Part shown: piece by piece, positions 45,989 to 54,400 of the stretch
Position numbering within the stretch: position 1 is the stretch's first letter
Layout of the letters: each line of letters opens with the position of its first letter
Origin: a virus
Lineage: Duplodnaviria; Caudoviricetes
DNA: 61,950 nt
IMG/VR virus record: IMGVR_UViG_3300033145_000307
Location: 1 to 61,950 of that record
Direction: 5' to 3' (one strand)
The notes under the pieces: generated by a model
Told to the model about the DNA's origin: nothing
Databases searched by the model: none
The model's input: only the letters and a program-made list of their open reading frames with translations
Translations under genes and position numbers: made by a program

Positions 45989-46456
45989 TTATCCCCCTAT
46001 CTTCTCTTTGATCTGGCCGTGATATCTAACGCTCGGCAAAGACGCATGAATGAATCTTGCCCTTCCGTTATGTTTCCGGTATAATATCAGTTGACCTGTC
46101 GCATGGGGCAAATTGAACTTTATCCAATTAAAGACATGCTCGGTTGCAATTCTGTCCACGCTTCCGTCCTCTGCCTCCACATAAAAATCAACCGCCATTG
46201 TTCGGAGATGGTCGGAATCTGTTGACCCAGGGATTAAACTATTGAGCCTAATGTTTCTACTCCACGAAGTAGCAATTATGGGTTTTTTGATATAATTACG
46301 TGCTGGCTGAAGAACCGTATATATCATAATGGCTACAAGTTGTTCTTCTCTCCAATCAAGATGGATATCAGCAGCCACTTCTGGATGATCGGCAGATACT
46401 ACGGCTTCATGGAACGCGAAATTACTGTGCGGTAGCATTACAGCGTTGCTTTTCAT
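45989..46456 (-). CDS. Endolysin, peptidase M15A-like
   Basis: 'PIIATSWSRNIRLN..IPGS..SDHL..MAVDF' and 'FIHAS' (H, D, H zinc ligands). Confidence 0.75.
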   Translation of the reverse strand: MKSNAVMLPHSNFAFHEAVVSADHPEVAADIHLDWREEQLVAIMIYTVLQPARNYIKKPIIATSWSRNIRLNSLIPGSTDSDHLRTMAVDFYVEAEDGSVDRIATEHVFNWIKFNLPHATGQLILYRKHNGRARFIHASLPSVRYHGQIKEKIGG

Positions 46457-46650
46457 AGTATTCCCTCCTCCCCACAGATTTTCTCCAGCTTCTTTACAAG
46501 CCGCCTGCTCTCAAACAACATGACCGGAATATTTCTTTTTAAAAGCATGGGGTTTCTACAATATCCTGAATAGCACATTCCAATGGTCAGCATTGAATTC
46601 CCAATTTGATGTTTGATTTCATCAGCCTCGTAAGCACGGACATTTTTCAT
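46453..46650 (-). CDS. Hypothetical protein
   Basis: GGAGGG RBS, 65 aa. Confidence 0.5.
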   Translation of the reverse strand: MKNVRAYEADEIKHQIGNSMLTIGMCYSGYCRNPMLLKRNIPVMLFESRRLVKKLEKICGEEGIL

Positions 46651-46660
46651 TGCGCCCTCC

Positions 46661-46849
46661 TTATTTAAAGAAGAACCATTTCCCCATCATTGCAAAAACG
46701 CCACCAACTATGCCGCCTGTAGCTGCAAATCCATTGTGGAGCCACTTGCGCTTTTCAAGCCTAAGAAGACACTCATAAACTATCCCAAGCTTTGCCTGTG
46801 TTGATTCTAATCCGTCAAATTTTTCTTGGCTCATCATTCCGTTCGGCAT
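46661..46849 (-). CDS. Possible holin/small membrane protein
   Basis: 62 aa, C-terminal hydrophobic helix, near endolysin. Confidence 0.4.
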   Translation of the reverse strand: MPNGMMSQEKFDGLESTQAKLGIVYECLLRLEKRKWLHNGFAATGGIVGGVFAMMGKWFFFK

Positions 46850-46852
46850 ACA

Positions 46853-47584
46853 TCACATCCTTACATTCAAAGAAAACACAGTGGTTAGTTCATTGTTTTC
46901 GTCCACATGAGAGATCGATCGGTATTCATCCTCAACCTTCAACTTCAGCCCAACAATATCCGTCAGCGCATATCTCAGGCTTACTTCACCCTTTAAAATA
47001 TAGTCAGAAAATCGCTCGATATTCGGCTGATAAAACCCAACAAAGACAAACCCAAGAAGCTTCCAGTTAAATTTCAGCTTTGGCCTTACAGAACCCCTAA
47101 TAAGCTGCTCAGAGGACTTTTCCTGAAATCGTGTGTAATGAGATAGAAGACCAGCCGATAAGCTACCAGCAACCTTGTCCGTGAACCGTTTTCTCCATTT
47201 CGGGCCACCGCCAATAGAGTTTTCAAATTCCAGACCAATCGCGTCATTATATCCGGCTTCCTCGAAAAACCAGAGGGATAGCCAGTCGTTAATTTCAGGA
47301 TCATATCCACATCGGAGATACCCCTTCTCTTCAGTTCTGGTTTGGTCAACTTTTGCATATCGAAAATTGCCAGAGAAATAGCTTGTGTCTCCGTACAACT
47401 TAAAGGCCGCTGAAAACGCAGACGAATTCGTTGTGCTGGATACCGTTGCCAAGGACATATCAATCTCGGTCTTAAATGTTGGCTCAATCGTAACAAGATA
47501 GGTTTCTGCGTAGCTATTTGTCACACAAAATGTCACTAAAAAGAGTAACGATATTAAGGTGGTGATTGATTTATACTGTTTCAT
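46853..47584 (-). CDS. DUF481/YdiY-like outer-membrane beta-barrel protein
   Basis: Signal peptide (..TNSYA-E); amphipathic strands; 'GGGPKW', 'FYQPNIERFSDY', 'LKLKVEDEY'. Confidence 0.7.
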   Translation of the reverse strand: MKQYKSITTLISLLFLVTFCVTNSYAETYLVTIEPTFKTEIDMSLATVSSTTNSSAFSAAFKLYGDTSYFSGNFRYAKVDQTRTEEKGYLRCGYDPEINDWLSLWFFEEAGYNDAIGLEFENSIGGGPKWRKRFTDKVAGSLSAGLLSHYTRFQEKSSEQLIRGSVRPKLKFNWKLLGFVFVGFYQPNIERFSDYILKGEVSLRYALTDIVGLKLKVEDEYRSISHVDENNELTTVFSLNVRM

Positions 47585-47594
47585 TTGTCATCCT

Positions 47595-50500
47595 TTATGG
47601 CGACCATGTACTAAGGGGAAGATTCCACGGTGTAAACACCCTCTGCGATTGATAACATCCGATATTATATGGTGGCCTGACATGCCTACCCCTCAGGTCT
47701 ACGGTATCTGTCGGCGTGGTTCCGGCTCCCACACATGGATCGTTCCATTTCAGCCTATAATCTGACGCTGAATAAAAGCTGAAAGTCTGGCTAAATAGAC
47801 AATTCGTATCAGTTAGAGTGCCACCTGCCGTCTCTATCGTGGCCTTGGATTCCGCAAATGCACAGTTTGTGGCAGTCAGGGTTATCCCATTGGCAAGTTC
47901 AACCGTACCAGATACCGCTACATTCGTGGCTGTGGTGGTTGCATCAACATCGAAAGTGCCACCTATCGTGACGTTCTTCACCGTTGCTGTAGCCGTAGCC
48001 ACTTGCAGCGTATCGCCTGTAGGGATAAGACTCATGGTAAGCGTGTCGCCAGTATTCAATACAATCGTGCTACCAAAGATCACCCGTGAGATAGTGTAAT
48101 AATCGCCGAAGGTGAGATCGTTTGTCCAAGCAAGGCCATTGCCATTGATTATAATTTCGTTGCCGCTTGAGCCGTCGTAGGCACTTAAATCAACGGCTCC
48201 TGCTTCTGCTATCGCCGTGGTGTTTTCAAGATTGTCGTTTGCTACCGGATAGCTCCCAGCTGCAAGCCAAGCTGTGTAGGATGTGTGGGTTTCGCCAGTG
48301 CCGATTTCTTTGGGGGTGGTTGAGGGGTAGGGGATTGTGATTACAATGCTTCCCAAATCCGTATCGGGCAAAGTAGCATTAAGCATATTATCGTACGGAT
48401 CAACCATATAGGAATCTGCCTTGAAACATTCCTCGCTTCCGCCATCAGTCTCGGCAGCCGTAAAGCCAGAAGTATCTACCCCAAAGGAAAACGAGGTTGT
48501 GTCTATAACCGTTATCTGATAGCAATTATCCTCAATTTCTGTCATTTCCCCTAATTGATTAAAATACACATAATCATCTGTGCTTAATCCATGTGCGGCT
48601 GCTGTAGTTGCGACTCCTGGGTTTGCTTTTGTTATTGTAGTGATAGCAATGCTTGAACCAAGGCCAAGGTCGAAACTTGAAGTGGCATTGACCTGGAAGT
48701 CTGTCGTTCGTTCTCCTGTCCCGACAATATAGTTCAGCTTTATAATAGTCGTAGCTCCTGAATTATCATAACCGGCATATACCGTTGTCCCCGTGTCGGC
48801 AGTTAGCGGACCGGGCTTGACAGTGAGATCGGGCGTTGAGTCTGTTCCTGGAACTTCAACGGATAGCTCTTCGTCACATATAAGGCAAAGAGGAATAACA
48901 TCCTCGGAGGCTGTATAGGTGATGGATTTATCTGTCACGCAAGTATTTGCACCAGCATCCCACCAGCCCATGTCGGTGATCGTGGGACGGGTTGTATCGG
49001 TTGTAACGGTATTCTCTGGGGCGCCTTCGACGATAAAAGCATTAGGGTCTTTTTGATTATTATAAGTTGCAGTTAACCAATCAGAAGATCGAAGGGCATT
49101 TGAGACACGCATTTCGTCTAAAGCATATGCGTAATAAGTAGAGCCCCATCGAGCTATTTCAAAATTCTGCCCTGTATTTGAAATGTCCTCCGCACTAAAA
49201 CTGGAAATGCTCTCTGTTCCATCTGCACCAAAAGATCCTCCACTATCCGAATAGAAAGTAGCGTTACCATCTCGATCATGTGTTACAGCAACAAAGTGCC
49301 ATGCACTATCATCTAATGCCAACGCATCGTTTGAGTCTGTTGTTAAACGAGTTACATCCCCATCAGCGATAAAACTCTTTAAATCGTCTGTTGTATTATT
49401 ATAAGTAAACTCATATCCTTCAACTCCCGCATTAGTAGCCCCTTTTTCAATAAATGATTTATTTGTATCAGCAGCTATTTTTATCCAACAAGACATTGTC
49501 CAGTCATCAAGGCCCATATCCAAAGATGCACTATTCCCCGCATTTATAAAATCAGCATCACCATTGAAGCCTATAGCCCCACCAATTTGCCCTGTTTCTC
49601 TCGTTGAATCTCCGTCCGCATCTGTTAAGGTTCCATCATTATCATTAGCAGTAGAATCATAATATACTGTTCCGTTCCCTGCATCCGCTTCCTCAAAATT
49701 CCATGCTGCTTGGTGCCCGGCCCAGACAGCCTCAGAGCCATATGCTGCATCTGCCGCTGGCTGACTTTTGCCGGTAGCGTTATAATACACCCAAATGCTT
49801 GTGTCGGATGCCCCTAACACAGAAGGAGTTTTAACGTGTATTTCAACTGTTGGAGTGGCCCCTTGAGAAAAATCAACGATTTCGCAAGCCAGCCTATTTG
49901 ATCCCGCCGAATCAGTAAAAAACCGTAAGTCTCCACCATCTGCTTGTGCTTGATTTGCGGCGTAATCTGCATGGTCGCTATCAATCATTTCCTCTGGTAG
50001 CGTAGCAGCCGTAATCAAAACAGGAAAGCTTGATAGATTCCCAGGAACTTGACCATTTTGAATAACCAATTCACACTTTCTGCTCCAATCGGACGAAGGA
50101 GGAGGACTACCAGAGACAATATACTCATAAGCTCCTTGATCAGCATCGGACCCTTGAGGCCTCACAGTGCCTATTATATCTGTGCTTGGATACCCACTTG
50201 CACTTCCAGCATCTTTTGCTGGAGAGGTATCAGTTAGGGAAAAATCATCATTCTCTAAATCAGTAAAATTATTTGCTGCACAAGCATTTTCCAGATTATT
50301 AGTCTCTGTGCAATCGCCAGTAGTACAATCTACATACTCGTCGCCAGGACTACAGATAATATTATCCCTTAAAATCCCTGTACTTCCGTCCCACCCTCCT
50401 ACGTAAATGCCATCACTGTTTGTGTTTGATATAGTATTCTGATAAAGAGTTCCTACAACCCCTGACCCCAAGACTGACATACCATAACGCCCTTGACCGT

Positions 50501-51407
50501 TCATATCTACAACATTATTATAGGCATACGGCTCCGCTACAAGGGCATCATAGCGAACAAATACAATTCCATCGCCCCTTCCACCTTCTTGGGGGTCTGT
50601 AATAATACATTTATTGTTATACACTTCCCCAAAGAATGGACTATCACATACAATACCAGCCGCGTGCCCAAGCTCCTGCACATACCCAAAGTTTTCAACA
50701 AGATTATCATGGATACTATTAGTTCCATAAATAGCCATTCTCAACTGTATTCCATCCCACCCAATTCTGTTCAAAATATTATTATAAATTTCAAAATCCT
50801 CAAGAAATAAATCCTCAGTCCCCCCGAGGTACATACCCTCATGGCCTATATCAAGCAAATAGCAATCATGTATCTTCCAACCAGTTATTGTCCCACCAGT
50901 ACCTACCTCAACCCTTACATTGATTGCAGTATAGGTTGTATTGTCTACCTGAACATGATGTACCTCTACATAACTTGCATCTTCACGTGGCCCACCAGAC
51001 CTAATACCTCCCCCAGACGTAGAACCAGTAAGACGTATCCCATAAGTCTCACCACCAGAGTTTGTATCCCCATCAATTATCAAATGTTCACAGTCAACTA
51101 TATACATACTGCTATTCACAGTACCGCTTATCACTGCCTGACTACCAGAAACATTACGAATTATGATTGGATTTGCAAGTGTTCCAAACAGGTCTGTCAA
51201 ATACAAACTATCGGTGCCAGAGGGAAACTCTATGACATCACCAGGTTGACAAGTACCATCACAGAATGTGTCTCCATCAACAGTGGTATCCCCATCATCG
51301 TCCCAAGTTACCGTGTACGTTCCTGCACTTGCCACCGAAGCCATCAGGCACAGGCAAAGGGCTACAATGGTGGCTGTTAGTATTTTGGTTTTTCGGGTGT
51401 ATCTCAT
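47595..51407 (-). CDS. Large multidomain tailspike/adhesin: signal peptide, right-handed beta-helix, DUF2341, LamG-like, E1-FCCH-like
   Basis: MRYTRKTKILTATIVALCLCLMASVASA-G; 'DFSLTDTSPAKDAG...DQGAYEY'; 'GGDLRFFTD...IWVYY'; 'WTMSCWIK...WHFVAVT...LDEMRVSN'; 'ITKANPGV...AHGL'. Confidence 0.75.
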   Translation of the reverse strand: MRYTRKTKILTATIVALCLCLMASVASAGTYTVTWDDDGDTTVDGDTFCDGTCQPGDVIEFPSGTDSLYLTDLFGTLANPIIIRNVSGSQAVISGTVNSSMYIVDCEHLIIDGDTNSGGETYGIRLTGSTSGGGIRSGGPREDASYVEVHHVQVDNTTYTAINVRVEVGTGGTITGWKIHDCYLLDIGHEGMYLGGTEDLFLEDFEIYNNILNRIGWDGIQLRMAIYGTNSIHDNLVENFGYVQELGHAAGIVCDSPFFGEVYNNKCIITDPQEGGRGDGIVFVRYDALVAEPYAYNNVVDMNGQGRYGMSVLGSGVVGTLYQNTISNTNSDGIYVGGWDGSTGILRDNIICSPGDEYVDCTTGDCTETNNLENACAANNFTDLENDDFSLTDTSPAKDAGSASGYPSTDIIGTVRPQGSDADQGAYEYIVSGSPPPSSDWSRKCELVIQNGQVPGNLSSFPVLITAATLPEEMIDSDHADYAANQAQADGGDLRFFTDSAGSNRLACEIVDFSQGATPTVEIHVKTPSVLGASDTSIWVYYNATGKSQPAADAAYGSEAVWAGHQAAWNFEEADAGNGTVYYDSTANDNDGTLTDADGDSTRETGQIGGAIGFNGDADFINAGNSASLDMGLDDWTMSCWIKIAADTNKSFIEKGATNAGVEGYEFTYNNTTDDLKSFIADGDVTRLTTDSNDALALDDSAWHFVAVTHDRDGNATFYSDSGGSFGADGTESISSFSAEDISNTGQNFEIARWGSTYYAYALDEMRVSNALRSSDWLTATYNNQKDPNAFIVEGAPENTVTTDTTRPTITDMGWWDAGANTCVTDKSITYTASEDVIPLCLICDEELSVEVPGTDSTPDLTVKPGPLTADTGTTVYAGYDNSGATTIIKLNYIVGTGERTTDFQVNATSSFDLGLGSSIAITTITKANPGVATTAAAHGLSTDDYVYFNQLGEMTEIEDNCYQITVIDTTSFSFGVDTSGFTAAETDGGSEECFKADSYMVDPYDNMLNATLPDTDLGSIVITIPYPSTTPKEIGTGETHTSYTAWLAAGSYPVANDNLENTTAIAEAGAVDLSAYDGSSGNEIIINGNGLAWTNDLTFGDYYTISRVIFGSTIVLNTGDTLTMSLIPTGDTLQVATATATVKNVTIGGTFDVDATTTATNVAVSGTVELANGITLTATNCAFAESKATIETAGGTLTDTNCLFSQTFSFYSASDYRLKWNDPCVGAGTTPTDTVDLRGRHVRPPYNIGCYQSQRVFTPWNLPLSTWSP

Positions 51408-51411
51408 TTGG

Positions 51412-54400
51412 TTATTCCTTCAAAAACTTTTTAATCGTTTCCGTTCTTTTCTTTTCCAACTGTAAAATCCGTTTAGTGTTGGCCGGAGTTTCTTCTTTGC
51501 TTTTTAAGCGATTGATTCTTTTCCTAAGTTTATTAAGCTTACCTTGGAGCCTGTTTATTTTTCTTAATTCACTCAATTCTTCTTTGTATTTAACCCTAAA
51601 TTCAGACTTGTTTTGAGATATTGCCAACTTATCTTTTGTTTTATTTAATTTAGCTTTTCTCTTTCTAAACCGCCTATCCCACAAATCTTCTCGCTTTAAA
51701 GAACCCCTACCGAAATGCCAATAAGCAAGCTTGCCTATCAACGGAACAGACCCCAATACCTCTAAGCCCTTTTCATCGCCAGCAGTTATTATGTCCTTGC
51801 CAGCCGCATCAACAAATTTAACCGGAAACAATATTTGTCGTGTCAGGGCAGATCCAACCCCCTCGGTTCTTGCTTTCCACGTAACAAACTTGGAAACTCC
51901 CATGAGTCTCAGAAAATTATCAACCATTCTGTCGCTGAAATCTGTTTTTCTTCCGAGTATCCAGTCTTTCAGTTCGTCAGCCCCGGCATTTGCAAGAACA
52001 AAAAACGATGCAAGCCGGATAAAGTTTTTCATTCCTTCAATCTTCTCAGCCCTATCTCCCTTTTTGATCTTGTTGTATGCTTCGTTTCTAAACGCATCAA
52101 ACTGTTTCAGTGTAAATGTCTTGAGCATATAGAACAATCGCCCATTGCCACCCTCAAGATACTTTTGAGGCATTTCAGATAATGCTACAGGCTGAAAATC
52201 AAGAAGTCGGCTGTAGACAAGAAGTTTTACATTGTCTGTTATTTCGTTGTTTACAAGATCATCAATAACGCTATCGGTTTCAGCCTCAAATATTGGATGC
52301 AATTTCTTTTTAAGTTGCGCTGGATTCTTTCGGGCTTGATCTTGATATTTCTCATGGGCCGTATTGAGCAGGGCTTCTTTCCCGATGGAATCTATCTTCT
52401 CCAACCCAACGGCCTTAAACACCCAAGACACCGCATTGCCCAATGTGCCAGAATCCGCAAACTCTTGAGCAATACGCTCAACGCCAACATCTTCCTTGGT
52501 AATCCTTGATTTGCCCTTGGCAGACCTGTAGGCATATTTTAAAGTTCGGATAAGACCGCCCTCATAAGCAGCCCATGCAAGATCGCCAATTTGAGTTAAT
52601 GCCGATACCGGAGAACCCATTGTGTCGATATAAGAGAGGTTCTTATATGCCTGCAAAACCCCCTTCATGCCACGTTCATGAAATCTTGCGTTTAGAATCT
52701 CATTAACTATCCGTTCATCTTTTGCGCCTATTTCTTCGTTGGCAATAAGCTCCGAAACATAAGTGCCTATATTGTCTGTATAATCACGCTGTAAAGCGTA
52801 CCTTTCAATATAGGCCGTGTATTCTTTTTCAAGCCCAAACCACGTATTCCATTTTTGTTGGAGCTTTTCTCGCTCTTTTGCGGAGATATCGCCACGCATT
52901 TTCTTCTTTAACTCTCGCATTAACGACTGTGCATTGTGTAATCTTCTCCGCATTTCAGCTACTTTTTTAGGAATCTTGCCGAAAAACCGCCTTGCTTCAA
53001 TGCCCTTTCTCATACTGTGCATGTGGTACATTAAAGCGGCATCTGAATCCATATAATATTTATTGAGATAAGCCGGAATCTTCTTTAGTTTACGGGTTTT
53101 TGTTGCGCTTATTCCTCCAAGCCCTGTTCGGCCTCCGATAATCATGTTGGATATAATGTCGGCCTTCATGTCGGGTGTCATTTCAGCTATTGAAATCCCA
53201 AGCTCAACCGCACGCTCTTGTATTCTTCGTGAATATATAGGCCATTCCTCGGCCTTGCCTATTGCAGTTAAAAAGCCTCTTGAGTCCTTTAAAATCCTTG
53301 GGGCGTATTCTTCAATTTCGCCAATTTCCAAGCCAACATCTATGGCTTCTTTTCTGAGGCCATCAAGAACCTTGCGATATGCCATGTATTCTTTTTGCAT
53401 AGCATACTTGGTAATTAACGATTCAAGCTTTCCAAGATCTGAATTTTTCCTTGCAAGATCCCAATCGGCATAATCTGCCCTACTCATTTTCTTGGCTTTC
53501 TTGAGAAGTGGCAGAACAGCCTTGGTGTTAGCCGCAAATCGTTTGTTAATATCAAAATCAAGCCTCCGCAACTTATACTTTAATTTTGGGCTGATATTCC
53601 CAAGCCTTGTGGAGATTGCCCCCAAAAATTTGTCTACACCCTCTGCGATCTCTGACTTGACCCTACGAGCATTAGTCGCCACTGCTAACTTTATATTTCG
53701 AGCATCTTTTCTGTTTGCTGTATATTCTGCTTCCGTTGTTGGTGCGGGTCGCTCCTTCTTTTTAATCACCGCCAACACTTTCTGTACGCCAACGCTCGGT
53801 TTCTTGACAGCAGGCTTAACAACTGGCTTTTCCTTGGGCTTAACCTCTACTTTCGGTGGCTTTGCCTTGCCTTCTATAGTGATAGCCCCACGCTCGCTTT
53901 TTAGTGCCTTCTTGGCCATCCGAAACACTCTCTCCATTGCACGCCTGATTTTCTCCCAAACATCAGACAGAACGGACTTCATCTGCTTGGCAAACTTGGT
54001 ATAGGTATCATGGCCTTGATTGATTACGTCCTTGCCGACAATTACCAAATCTTCAAGGACTGCTGGGCCTTCTTTGGATTTCAGGGAGAAGGAACCACGT
54101 TGTTCTTTTAGCTTGGATTTTAGGCGGGTTTTGGCATCCGAGACAGGTTCCGTCTTGACAACCTTTGTCTCCCCCGGCCAAACATCAATATCATCCTTCT
54201 CAAGCAATACCTTCTTGCCATTCGGAAGCGTGACTTCGATCTTGCCGAACTTCTTACCTTTCCGTGTGATCTCACGGGCTGTTATAATCGGTCTCCATTG
54301 GCCTTTTACCCATGCACGTCCGGGCTTTGGTTTTTCAGTGGCGGTAACGGTTTCTTTGGCACTTGGGGCCTCCTTTGGTTTTAGATCTGGATATTCTGCG

